Part shown: positions 50,612-63,592 of the stretch, one piece after another
Layout: every line of letters starts with the position of its first letter
How positions within the stretch are numbered: the stretch's first letter is position 1
NCBI RefSeq assembly: GCF_024521635.1
Contig: NW_026250414.1
Location: 806,001-870,000, forward strand
DNA length: 64,000 nucleotides
DNA from: Tricharina praecox
Lineage: Eukaryota
Direction of reading: 5' to 3'
Notes under the pieces: model-generated
The model's database searches: none
What the model saw: the letters and a program-made list of their open reading frames with translations, nothing else
What the model was told of the DNA's origin: nothing
Translations under genes and position numbers: made by a program

Positions 50612-52421
50612 AACCAAAATTTTACTTCTCAACCGATGGAACGCATAACCCACGAAAAAATCGTTATAAAAGTTGGGAAATCGGCACCATAGCGAGCTTC
50701 AGTGCTTCAATAAAATAGAAAAGCATTCTCTTTCTCTCTGTCGAACTCTTGTTGCCCAGCCGACTGCTTCAAAAAACTTGGTTTTGTACGCATAATTAAT
50801 GTGGCGGTGCCGTGGGCATCGCTTACCGACGAGGGTATATAATACCGTATTATCTTACATGAGAGGTATGAGGGACAGCGAGCAGAGGCAGGACCAAGAC
50901 CATCTCTCGAATGAATTGTTTGATTCAACGACGCATCCATCCGAGCCTGTTGCATCAGGACGGAATGTTGTGGGGGAGCCGGGCCGACGGAGTCTAGACA
51001 GCCTCAGCCGTTCGAGTACATAACCTTTCTCGGTTGGGTCGACGGCGATGGCGAAGCCCGGTTCCTGATCGGCGGCACGGGTGATCACCACCAATGATCC
51101 TACGGTACGTCGGCAAGTACTATTTTGGTCTGTACTTACTAGAAGTCCGTTCAACGTCGACGGGCCGACCTTGGCGCGGTACATACAATCCCCACTCGGG
51201 AGACACCCTGCTTGCTGTTTTAGCCTTCAGGATAAATGCATTTATTTCCCCTTGCCTTGGAATCGGTAGGTAGGAAAGCAAACCAACAAATCCATGTTAC
51301 TCAAAAAGCGCAGAGTGACTCGATGCGCGTATAGGGTATGGGACCGGGGTAAAGAACCGCGCTGAGTGGGCGCTGAGTGAGTGCGATCATGTACGACAGT
51401 GAGATAGACGGCGAGCGACGTCTGCGGTCAAGTATCCAGTTAACTCCATATCCCGCCTGGGGATTGCGCTCCGTACATATGTTCTGAGTGGGAGGAATAA
51501 TAGACAGGACAGCACCTGTAGCACAGCCAGGCAGCCTGGCTTGATCCTACCTAGGCAGCACAGCGAGCTTTAACCAATCATGCGGCGAGGTTCTCATTCG
51601 AGATCCGACAGCTGTGCGTCGCGGACGATGTCGGCATGGCGCAAAAAATGCGTGCCATTCGCCGAGTGATCGGTAGCGGGCAAAAACCGAATAGAAGAAG
51701 AACCCCCCTACCGAACACTCTTATCATACAACTAGCAGCTAGAGGGGCAATGAGGTTTTGCGTCCGTAGTTTTTCTGTGTACATATGTACCCGCTAGAAG
51801 CTGGAACGAATAGAGAACGGTCTAGGTAGTATTTCCGCCGTCGCCTCGAGGCTCGAGATCCAACTGGTAGAAATTGTGATCGTGTGAATACTAGTAGGTG
51901 CATACTACCCTGATGAGTTCGCACATACTATTTACGAGGACCTGACATTTCTACTGAGCACGAACTGAGATGCTGGACGGATTACAACCAATAAGACCCC
52001 AGTTGTGCACAGTCGTCCATGTCCTGAGATGCTCATTTGTACTGGATATCCGGATGCAAGAAACGCCAAGGCCACCTCACCTGTATCCATTGATCGGGGA
52101 AAGGTGCGGCATGCTATTATGTAAGCCTCGTGAACCTGAAAACTATGCAGGTCGAGTGGAGCTGGTGAATTATGAATTCGGCTGATCCGTCCGGTATGCT
52201 ACATATGACCCGCATCATAAACAGAACGCGCACTGGCGCAAGAATAAGGAAATAAAAGGTCTAACGTGTGTATATAATCCCACGGTCGATATCTAGTAGA
52301 GCACTCGTCTGTTACCGAGCCTTCCCACTCACAATTCCGCTTATAAAACCCCGTCGCCTGCTGCTCTTATATTGACTATCGCCGATCAAGAAAAACTTAA
52401 TAAGGACACGGCGGACGTCCG

Positions 52422-53332
52422 ATGGACGGCAACACGATAATCGCCGAAATGAACCACGAACATATTGCACATGGAGGGGTAAGATGATCGAAACAAGCTC
52501 CGCTCTGCCTCCACCTTATACTAACCTAGCCCATAGTATGGTGAGAATGGTTCTGCTTGGGTCCCATTGAATAGAGCGCCTGGCACCTCGATGGGGTCCG
52601 TGGCTTTCGGGGTGGTTCACTATCCAGAATGCCAGCACAGGGCCGTGGACTCACGTGAGTTGGGCATGCTTCGTTATCGGTGTGTATCTATATCGTATCG
52701 ATCCGGCAATTTCGGTAGGAAAACTGACAGCCTTAGGTGTCCCGGCGAGGGTCATCGACAGCACTATACTCGGTATAACGATGAGCTGGGGCCGCCGTCC
52801 GGTGCCGGATACCAGAGCAATCACGGACCCTTTCCCGGAGCGGCGGTGGACGTCTCCTACTACGGTGGACAATATCCAGTTAGGCATGATACCAGGTGAG
52901 TTACTAGCCCGTGAAGATTGGACAGCTCAGGATGGAAGCTTACTCGTTTGCCGTGCAGATATCAGCTTGCCCCTGATGAGCATAACGCCAACGTCGTCGC
53001 CGTCGAATACTCTGCCCCCGCAGAAGCAAGGTAAGTTTTGCACCCATGATTCGGAATGGCTCTTGTTGTATGTACGTTGACCCTGACTGCGCCCCAGGAG
53101 CCCGCAGAACACTGGCCGACGGGATGTTCCCCGCTGCCCTTACTGCCACGAGCCGGTCGTACAACTTAGGCGGCACATCATGACAGTGCATCCTCAAACG
53201 CTGCCGACAGAGCCTCAGAAGTACTTCTGCGGGGTGAAAGGTTGCCCCAGGACTAAAAGTTTCAATCGAAAGGATAATCGCGACCAACATTTGAGAACAG
53301 TCCATAAGATAGAACCTTTGGTTCGCGAGTAG
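52422..53332 (+). CDS. Two-finger C2H2 zinc-finger protein (multi-exon; start uncertain, 52422 or 52629)
   Basis: Last exon encodes PRCPYCHEPVVQLRRHIMTVH and YFCGVKGCPRTKSFNRKDNRDQHLRTVH. Phase-2 introns at 52896-52958 and 53031-53097 link upstream exons. Confidence 0.7.
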
Positions 53333-55695
53333 GGAGGTTGTTCAACGATGAGTCCGTGGACCGGAGGAGGAGGAGGAGGAGGAGGACGAGGATGCGATCT
53401 TCTGGTCGGGGGAGGATTTGTTGTCCCGGAGTGTAGTCCTTACAGGAAAACATTGGCCGTTTCCATTGAAGTTTCGATCGAGTGATTGTGAGCTAAGAGG
53501 ATTGGGACCCCGGGAGTAGATGACAGTGACCAACACTCATTATAAGAATGAGAAGTTGCGGCTCAGCCTGCTGCTCATGTCCCGGAGTTTGCGTCGGAGT
53601 GCGGAGAAGTTGCCAGCAGCACATCAAGCTCACTGTGCCTTTACTACTCCAAAAGCACAATTAATCTTAGAAGCACATCCACCGAGGCCAATTCAAAAAT
53701 TCATCAAATCAGCGAGGGACACATGGGTGATTATCCCTCTGAGATCGTGGCTGTTGCGGTCAGTCTTACCAAGTTTACTCCAGCTAGGACAGCTTGCGTG
53801 AAGACTGTTACAAACCGTGTCGGGCGACTCGTGCCCAGCGCACCACATTATTGCACAATATTTATCTCGCATGCGTAGTAGCATGCGTAGTATTGATCTC
53901 CGGAGGTTGCATTATGTCAAACGATCAGGGGCTCCTCTCATGTGAGTTTTCAGAGATTTTGAAGACAATGAACCGCTGGATCTTCGCGGGAGACCACAGA
54001 CCTGTGGTTGCCCTCCTAGCAGCTCGGGGCCTACCCCTAGACCTACGGCGTTTGTTTTCTAAATCGGCTTAGACGACCATCCATCAATAAGGAGATTACA
54101 ACGTCAACTTTTCAGATGAACGAGGTGGCGGCCGCCCGCTGGCAAGGAGGTTTGCGGTTTGTTGTTATGGGCAGCAGATCTGTTCGGTGGCAGTGGGTTT
54201 CATCATAAATCCACCGGATTAGATCATTCGTCTACTGATTAGCTTTAGGCAACGAGTATACCTCCTGAGGAGCCCTCATGGCGGCCCATTTTTTACTCAG
54301 TGCTTGCCGTCGTTTCCTTACCGCAGTCCAGGTTGACCCCATTCCGCCCCGTCATAGGAATTTGTCCTCCCCGTCCTACAGTGCCTTGATTTCATTCAGG
54401 TCTGGCGTTCCCTGCGCTCTCAACCTTCGGTCGTGTGGGCTCGCGGACCTGACCAGGCTGTGAAAGGGAGATAAGAGACGAATCGAAATAAGGTAACGCT
54501 CAAAAATCGCATTGTGTAGTCCAAAGATTATGCACGGGTACCTCCCGGCAATGCCTGTTGCTGGCTTCATATGTATGATGGAAACTGTGGATGGGGTCAG
54601 TATTTCTCGAGTCATCGACACCATTAGGTTTGATTCGATCCGGCGTCGCTCATGACTCCTCAGGGTTGCATATTATTCCTGGTCTTCAGGTCCGTGTGCA
54701 GCACTGCCTACAAGGCTGCAATCCCCCAAGATTTTTGGGCGGGGTTTATTGTTGGCCGAGTCTGTGCCGTGTTCTGCATCCGGCGCAGTTGCGGGGAGAA
54801 GGTCATGGGCGGCGATAACTGGTGAGTTTTTCTTCCTCGAGCCTCGAGGGAAATTTCGGTCCAATCACTCGGGACGTCGAGGCTCGGGCCCAAAAAGAAA
54901 AATCTTTTCCAGTATAGCCATTTGATACTAGAAATGTGCTTTTCGATAACTTCATGCCCCCACTCCATGCCGCTCCGAGTTTCCTTGCTTCGTTATCTTT
55001 TGTCCATTCCCTCCGCACGATCATCTAGAATGATGAGAATTGTACAAGAAGACAGCTTTCATCGCCCTGTCTTCACCTCTGGACTGCTCGCTCATCTGTT
55101 CTTCTTCCCTTGGTATCCCTCTACGGATAATATCCCCAGTCTAGGTATCCGATACTAGTGAACCCAAAGCAGTTCAATGAACATTGCGAGCCATCATTGA
55201 TGAGATCGCCGCGGACCTACCACGAGGAAAAAAAAGGATCGTATACTCGAATTGAAGTGTGATACAGGTTCGAATGAATGCGTCGAGGATCAGTGACGAC
55301 GGGCATTCTCCGACATCACTCGCGTTTTAAACTTCACTGGTATACATCGGTCCACCGCCCGACGACAGCGAGGCCCTCAAGGAATCATCCAATTACTTGC
55401 CAAACGCGAACCCACGCCCGTAAGAGAATGGAGAAAGCAGAAAGACCACAAACGGATGAAGAGCTGGGGCCACTCATTGGTATTTCTGTCCTGTACACCC
55501 AGTGTCGAGCATTCTCATCCCGACAGTACCAGCCGATCTGTCAATTTGGCTATCGGTGGATGCCCTTGCAATACAAGAGCCATGGACGCCCCGCAAGAGT
55601 TTAATCTGAAGCTCAAGCTCAGCGTTCCAACTTCCTTCACGGAAAAAGTCCCTTTCAAGTTTCAACCCCGTTGGCACCCAGCGTAAACGTTAAAC

Positions 55696-55737
55696 AAGCT
55701 CAAGCTCAAGCTCAAGCTCAAGCTCAAGCTCAAGCTC
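55696..55737. repeat. (AAGCTC)n hexamer repeat
   Basis: Direct reading, ~7 copies. Confidence 0.9.
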
Positions 55738-58700
55738 CTCAAGAAAATCTGGTTTCCTCCTATTCGCTAGGTTTAGAGCACTAATGTACTGCAGTTCTTA
55801 TAAAGTCCACCGTTGGTCCGAGCAGTCTTGTGGAAACTTCATCCAAACACACGACCTGGCAGCATCCGATACCGATGTTAAGCATTATCCCATAACGATC
55901 ATTGGAATGTGCCTCATCAAAATCCCCCGCCCGGTCGCCAGGCGCGGTAGTAGTAGCATTGGCGGACCCCCGCCGGACCCTGAGCGGTGGAACGCCGAAC
56001 TACCGCCGGAGAACACCCCCAACACCCCCAACACCCACGAAACCGAACGGGGCATCCCAGACATATCGTCGCCGGAGTACATTCCCACGACCTCCAGGAT
56101 TGTGATGCGGCGTGACGAAATATCCGAGCCGCCCGTGCCGCGGCGCGCCACGGCCGGCACCCAGCGCAGCGGTGTGGCTGCCCAGCCAGGAGTTTCTATC
56201 TGCAATAGTAGGCAACCAACAACCGAGAAAAGCGGCTGAGCTGGAGAACTAATACTCCGAAACAGTGGGCTGTTGCTGGTGGGTTTTCATGTGTGCACTC
56301 GGGATAAGATTCACTGTGAGTACTTCCCCAGGCTGCCATACAGCAAGGCCTCAAGCTCTCCAGAAGGCAGGCGAAATTTGCTGATCACGAGTGCCTTGCG
56401 ACAGATTGGCCTCGTCTGTATCGTGATTAGCAGGAATGGGCAAATTACGCTGTAGAGATTCCTACATTCCGCAACGGAATACCATTTATCCGCAGGGCAA
56501 CTCCATCTAACAGAATATGGAATGCGTAACCCATTCTGCGCGTACATGAACGTGTATTCGGCAGGATCGAGGGTTTACAAGGCGGGTTCTAATTCCCCAG
56601 TAGGGTGTATCTTACAGCTACATAGAAGATTCGCAAGCCGATTTTATGCGTATAGAAAAAGTGTTTCGCGAAATAATGATGTTCAGGTTTTTATGTGATG
56701 AGCGGATGACTCGATAGAATTGCTCGAGAGGATGACAGGTTAATTCACCACATTGATGAAGACGCGGACGAGTCGACAAGGCAAATCGCCGAGGCGGACA
56801 GGAGTCAGGCTCGGCTGTATCGGTACTATCGACCGCGAAAGTGAAGGCGATGTGCTGTGTCTTGCAAATGGTGTGTTGTGGGAGGGCCGAGGGGATACCG
56901 CTCTCGTCGACGCTGTGCGGATGGAACTACATGGAGGGAGACGACAGAAGGCTGAGGCGGCAGTAGGCTGATGAAACCTTGATGGCTATTTCACGGCAGT
57001 ATTAATATCGGATGAAACCACGCACTCATTCAAATGACGATCAGGATATAGAGGAGGATAGCCTCAGCCCTCTCAACGATCGAAGTTCTCATTCGCTAAC
57101 TCGCCTATGAAAAATCATCGTTGCCACTTCACCTTGGCAGCCGGAAAGTGTGTAGGACCGCCGAGCTACTAGCCTGAGTCGTGCGGGATGACCGGGGGAG
57201 GCCTCGGTTGGCAGCGCACAGGGGTTTCTATTCCGCTTAATCGGAGGTTACATACCAGCTGTGGACGCTAAATATATCGGCTATTAGTCGCGCCAGTCGC
57301 GCCAGTCGCGCAACCTCGACGGTGGTAGGCGAACTGCTATGTACCAGGTTAAAAGACTCCCAAAAGCGGGCAGACAATATGCGAGGTACGAGTAGAATAG
57401 AATTCTTTCTTCCGGCCCCAGAGATTATGCTAATGTTTTTGCTAATATTAAGGTAACAGGTGAGGTCTAGTGCCTTGCGGATCTCCATCCATGTACAAGT
57501 CTGGGCTCGCTTTCTCTCGGTGGTGCTTCGCTTCAGGTAGCTAGACGGGGTCTGACTGCACCGGTGAGATGGGAGTGTGGGGAGGAACAGCCAGAATGAC
57601 CCTGATTCCTCAACCCAGTGCATTCATCCTCCTCCCCCTCCTCCTCCTCCTGTCGCCTTCTTTCCGTTTGCTTCTCTTCCCGTTCCCTCAACCACCACTC
57701 CGACGCTCACTGGCTGCGACTTCCTTAGCGGCCTCCGGGGTTCGCATTCCCTCAGCAGCGGTGGCGAGAAAGCCCAGGATGGCCTGGCGATAAATTGTAG
57801 AATGGCCTGGCGAAGACCAAAGGAGGGTGTGATGGCGAAGGAGTGGTCCTCACCCACTTGGAGTGACAGCATATGGAGCAGCAACTAAACGTGGTGACAC
57901 CAGCCTTATCCCTCATGTGTCTACCGCTTGATCGCCAAAGCTTCTTAATGCCTCAGTAACTTCCCAGGCTGGGACCAAAAAAACGGGTTTCAAAAAATAT
58001 GCAGTCGGACGGCTTGGGTGGACAGAGACCTTTGTAAGAGCTATCTTCGGAAAACGCTCGCTTCCAACATCGCCATCGTCGCCCTTCGCCTTTTGCTTGT
58101 GACGGTCAAACGCACGTTTAACAGCAGCAATAAGACACTCCATCGGACCGCTATCCGCTGGAGATAGAGTTTGAATAGCTTAGTTGCCATGGCGGAAATG
58201 GAAGAGTGCCATTGTATGAACGAAGCGGCCTGCTCCCTCTGCGTTGGTCTGCTGGCTGACATGCTAGCTTGCGTAATTTGCAGTTGTATGTGCTGGCTAT
58301 GTAGGAGCAAGACCTGGCATACATTGACCTGAACCATGGACCAATGAGGAGGCCATTAGCAGCCCAGTCAGTCGTTGTTTACAGGACAGTCTGTAAGTGA
58401 ACAGAAGCAGGTATTCACAGCTAATTATAACCAAAAATCCGCCCCCTCGTGAGACTCCGAAAGGGAGTGCATCATCATTCAGGTCAACAATGTCCACAGA
58501 TCAGAGTAATGCATTTTATTGACGACGAAATTTGAGTTCTCCCCGGCCCGACCATTCGTGGGGTTCTCCGCTTGAACCCGTAGAACATATCTTTCATACC
58601 GATCATGCCCACCTCCAAAATCTCTTGAAACATCAACAATTTTCTTCTTATATCCTGCCGACTCCGCTTTTCCAGACTACTGCCAATTAAACACAACCGG

Positions 58701-58907
58701 GAATGACACGGCTGAGCAGAATGAACACAGCACCACACGACTACCGACTCAACGTCGGCTCTGAAGACTTCCATTGCAGTGTAAGAGTATTAAGAAATCT
58801 CCGAAGCGACGCCTTAATAACTTTACTCTTAGCGTGACGAAGCGAGCTTGAAAGCAACCACGGATGCAACATACACGCCGGAGCTCAGATCCACTGCCAC
58901 CCAGACT

Positions 58908-60484
58908 ATGAATGTCGCAGTTTTAATGTCGGCAAAAGAGAGAGGCGGCTGCGCCATTCGTGCAGATGCTGTGATAAGCGATGTAGCAGGCAGTTTTTCA
59001 TCGGCGCAGGAGGACGAGCTATTCCAACTTTCGCATGGTGGACCCGTGCTGCAGACGTCCTGCAGTTCGTCGGCGCCGAAGACAAAGGATTATTTCCGAT
59101 TCCCCCTCGATGAAGTGTCGAACATCGCGACAGCTTTTGTGGCCTTCGAGGAAGAGTATTTTGTATCGGCGCGAAGCCAGATGCCACACGCCCGGAGCAT
59201 GCACATGTCGTCGGGGGTGGAAGGTTTTGGCCAGTCTCCTCACGGTGAAGCGTCGAGTACTTTAGCAGATCCTGTGGCTTGGGAGGAGTATTTCGTATCA
59301 GCACAAAGCGAGGCAACACACGCACGGAGCATGCACACGACTTCGCAGGGCTGGAGCATGGACATGGACGGCGGCGGCCTGTTCCCTCACGGTGAAGCGT
59401 CGGGTACTTCAGCAAACACTGTCGTCTCGGAGGAGTCTTTCGCATCGGCGCATGCTAGGAGCGTGGTATCGGAGGTGGAAGGTTGTGGCCAGTCCCTTTA
59501 TGGTGAGACGTCGAGCGCTTCGGCCCATCTTGCGGCTTCGGAAGAAGAGTATTTCGCGTCGGCTCACGTCTGGAGCATGGACATGGAAGGCGGCGGCCTG
59601 TTCCCTCACGGTGAAGCGTCGGGTACTTCAGCAAACACTGTCGTCTCGGAGGAGTCTTTCGCATCGGCGCATGCTAGGAGCGTGGTATCGGAGGTGGAAG
59701 GTTGTGGCCAGTCCCTTTATGGTGAGACGTCGAGAGCTTCGGCCCATCTTGCGGCTTCGGAGGAAGAGTATTTCGCGTCGTCTCACGTCTGGAGCATGGA
59801 CATGGAAGGCGGCGGCCTGTTCCCTCACGGTGAAGCGTCGGGTACTTCGGCTGCACCGCCGCATCAAACCGACACTGCCAGGTCGCTCGCGGAGGGGCAT
59901 TTGGAAGCGCCAAAGCTATTGGGTTCCTCGATTCATCGTATCGATAAAATTGTTTCCGAAGCGGAGGCAAGCAATGCATCCTATCCAAGATTTCAGCGCA
60001 CTAATACCGGGTGAGTTTGTGATATTGCCGAAACCTCTAATTCAAAGACCAGGCAGCTGAGATAGAGATAATTACATAGAAATATTGTCAGGTTTCAATC
60101 CCCTAGGGTTCGACGTACTGCTGGTCATTCGACCGCCTCCCTCACTGTCCCCGCAGCCGTCCTGTAAGCTGATACATGGAAGTTCGGAGTGACCATCATG
60201 ATCCCGAGGCTGATTTCGACGTGGTTTAGAAAATTAGCGACCAAGAAATTGTGCCGCCTTTGCGGTGGATCCTTCCAGCAGCTTCAGCGGCATATCAAGA
60301 CGCTTCATCCCAAGCCCTGTCGTCCCCACCGGTCCGGTTCTTTTGCAAGGTGAAAGGTTGCGCCAGGGCCAAAAGCTTCAGTCGAAAGGATAACCTCGCC
60401 CAACATCTGAGGTTAGTCCATGGTATGTCGATACCGCCGAGACAATATTCGTCGGCGAATAATAGCGACGCGGTGGTTCAGTAA
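58908..60484 (+). pseudogene. Second C2H2 paralog with internal tandem repeats; apparent 1-bp deletion between fingers (pseudogene or assembly error)
   Basis: Long acidic repeat exon to ~60010 with introns after it. Finger 1 LCRLCGGSFQQLQRHIKTLH and finger 2 FFCKVKGCARAKSFSRKDNLAQHLRLVH lie in different frames. Confidence 0.6.
59352..59848 (+). repeat. 219-bp (73-aa) coding tandem repeat, ~2.3 near-identical copies, with more diverged half-units upstream
   Basis: TGGAGCATGGACATGGA recurs at 59352, 59571, 59790. Confidence 0.9.
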
Positions 60485-60847
60485 CAACACGGCATCAGCG
60501 GGAAGAGCAGTTTGGATAAGGAATAAGATCAGTAGCGAACAGCTGGAAGCACAGATCGGTAAATATGTGGGATTTGTCTTCAGTATTTGGGGCCGAGGGA
60601 GCTGTAAGACTTTCCTTTCTCATAGAGTAGCGCTTTGAAAACATTCTGACAACGCCGATGTCTGCCCCTCGGGGTTTTATCAATATCGCAAGAGTGAATT
60701 CCACGGGCCGAAAGATACATGGTTGCTGTTCGTCCTGATTATAGAAGCGAGCATGAATTACGGGGAGTCGACTGGTTATGTGGGAGGGATGTGCTTCTAG
60801 CTTCCCGAAGATGGGGCTCTGCGCGACTTCTTATACTGTATTATTGG

Positions 60848-61020
60848 ATTGGTCGCCAACTTGTAGAAGCACAAAAGGTTGATTGAACCTAAAGTGGTCC
60901 TGAGCCGCCACCATGGTCCACAACAATTGGTCGCCAACTCTCAGAAGCACAGAAGGTAACTTGCGTTGAGCTTAAAGTAGCCACTTCTATTGGTCGCTAA
61001 ATTTTAAATGCACAGTAAGT
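60848..61020. repeat. Three degenerate copies of ATTGGTCGCCAACT..AGAAGCACA.AAGGT
   Basis: Copies near 60848, 60926, 60989. Confidence 0.7.
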
Positions 61021-63170
61021 TCTAATCCAACCTGTGGTGTTCGGATGAAGGAGCCCCTTTCCATTCGGTGTCTGTTTGGTGAGTGAGGTGAAAATCTTGG
61101 AACGTTTACTCAACCGCGCCTTCAGCTACTACGGTCACCACCATCGCTACTCAGCTCGGAATCACCGCATTGCCTCAGTTATTCAAACGGAGACTGAGAA
61201 GTCTTCCATTGGAGGCTTTACCCTAACACCGATATTCGAGCGGAGTTCATCTGAACTTCTGAAGCTATGCTTCAGATAGCTGAGGCACCTGAAAGTTTAG
61301 CCCGCCAAACTTCGCTACAAGGCACGTAGCACACTATACATATGCAGTCGGAATCGCCTATTAGTGAATGACAACACGGGCACTTGATGTCAGTACAGTA
61401 ACTACTCCACCTACGTTAATCACCGTAAGCTGACAAGCCGGACTTCCTGTAATACCAGAGACATCAATGTAGTGGCCATTCATTCCTGGCAAGCCAGCAA
61501 ATACTGCGCAGGTTTGAGTTGGGGGCATATCGATGATAACGAGATGACGCACGATTGGATCACGGTGGTCAGAGATTCTACGTAATGGATATCTGCAGAC
61601 GCCTTCCAGACAACTCACATAGCTGGACACGTCGCAGGATACTTGTGATAGACTGTCTCATCGACACCCGCACGCAACTTAACTACGCAATATAGTTGAT
61701 TGTAGCTAGTGGTTCTTAGAATCAACTCGTCAGCTGAGTGACGTGGCCTGCTTAGCAGGTAGCTGCAGTGAGAGCGAGTTTGACCTGGCAGGAAATCCAA
61801 CGCCCATCCACTGCGCACGAACCATCATCTTAGACTTGTGATACAGGCCAGAGTTGATATCAGGGGGATTCTCAAGGGAGCTCGCAGCCCCGCGCCCAAC
61901 ATCTAAACTATCCAGTATCCCGGTGCGTGTTCACTAGGTGAGGGCTCTTCTAGTACTCCGCTCTCTTTTCTGGAGAAATCGTAAGTTGTTAGGTCTCCAT
62001 ATCCCAACGTCGTAGATTCCTGAATCCTGAGAAACTCGGTGATTCTCTGGGCAGTATCTATGAGAAGTGCAGTAGTCCGAACCGTGTAGGGGAAATAGGT
62101 ATTTCCCGACTCATAACATTCATTGGGCGTGGCTAAAGCTGGCACAGCTCATACATTCAGGTCTGCAGATTTGAGCCTCAGGGTTGCAAGTTACCCTTAT
62201 TGTGTGTCTCAGAGTTGCAGATCAGGATTCGATATTTTTGGGTCTCAGGTCAATGCACCTCTGAGCTTGCCCAATCATGAGTGTGTCTCGAATTAGAAAG
62301 AAAAAAGGCTAATTAAAGATAAGCACTCTAGTATGTAGAGTAAAGCCCTTCAGTATGAGCAGCATGATGTCCAGTAACTGCTCAATGTCTCCCTGTCGTT
62401 TTTTAGGATACCTAATTAGACAAAATATGTGATCAGGACCTGAGGCTCCTATGCAGCATAATCTAGACCGTCTATTTTTTTTGTTCCATCATCTTTGCAT
62501 TCAACCTTACTAGATCATGGCAGATACTTGCCCGTCTCCCACCCCACTGTGATTATATAATCTAGACCATCTTGAGGATGATTTCTCATGGAGCGGGAAT
62601 ATGAGGCTACGCATGGCGAGCGAGTATCCATGTATGATTGCAATGTCTGCCCCCCACAGGCCTTAAAAATACCGGGCCAATGTGACTTTTGCTTCTGGTG
62701 CTCTATTCCCATTCTCTGTGGACATTCCCACCTGCCCGGACACAACCAACCAATATATTACCATCAGTTGTTGCCTGTTGGTACCCAGTGGGACTCTGCT
62801 TCACGTGATCGAGTTTGAAGCAAATTTAGTGATGGCTTCAAGGGCACACCCGGAGTCCTGGACTAGGCTCTTCTGATTGTCGGCCCTGCTCAAACACCAG
62901 CTAAAACCTGAATTCAAAACCATGGATAACATTTCACTTACGCCGTACGACTATGCTGTTTGCACCCCAATAATCACCTCCATCTTTGGCGAGGATAACT
63001 CCCTAGTGCCCGACATAGGATCCCAATTTATGCCGGCTATTGCCTAGGTGGGATAGCATACTACTTCGATGCCGAGACCGCCGTCATACGATGCATAAAG
63101 CACGAGGTTTCTGACTGTACCGGTGCTTCTTGTCGGTGGCTTTGGCGTCAGCCCATGCCTTGGCCTCCTA

Positions 63171-63592
63171 ATTGGTGGTTGAGAGAGGGGGAGAACATCA
63201 ATTTATTGTCGTTTACGGCCTTGCTAGACTATGGCTCCCATCAACTTCCTGAACTTTCCTGCCAGCTCCGCGGGGGTAGAGAGAAAGTGCTATCGCCCCA
63301 GCTCCATGCTGCACTGCTGCCTACCAAATAAAACACAACAACAAAAGTTCACGCCCATTGTCCGCAAGATCCACAAACACAGTACCTTACGGGCAGTCCT
63401 GTTTGATCCGGAGGCGTCACTTCACTCCTCGGCCTCCTCCTCTATCGTTGTTAATTGGTGGTTGAGAGAGAGAACATCCATTTATTGTCGCATGCGGCCT
63501 ATGAATATGGCGACCACCAACTTCCCGAACTTTCTTGCCAGCTCCACGAGGCCGAGAGAAAGCTCTACTACCACAGCCCGTTGCTGCACCGC
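63171..63592 (+). repeat. ~140-bp degenerate direct duplication (offset ~283 bp)
   Basis: ATTGGTGGTTGAGAGAG..GAACATC.ATTTATTGTCG...CAACTTCC.GAACTTTC.TGCCAGCTCC at 63171 and 63454. Confidence 0.75.

Noticed and set aside
57237-58774. Possible decayed gene on the minus strand
   Set aside because: Fragments in several frames; no family could be recognised with confidence.
60848-61020. CRISPR-like repeat-spacer array
   Set aside because: Eukaryotic context, only three degenerate copies, related and unequal spacers, no cas genes.
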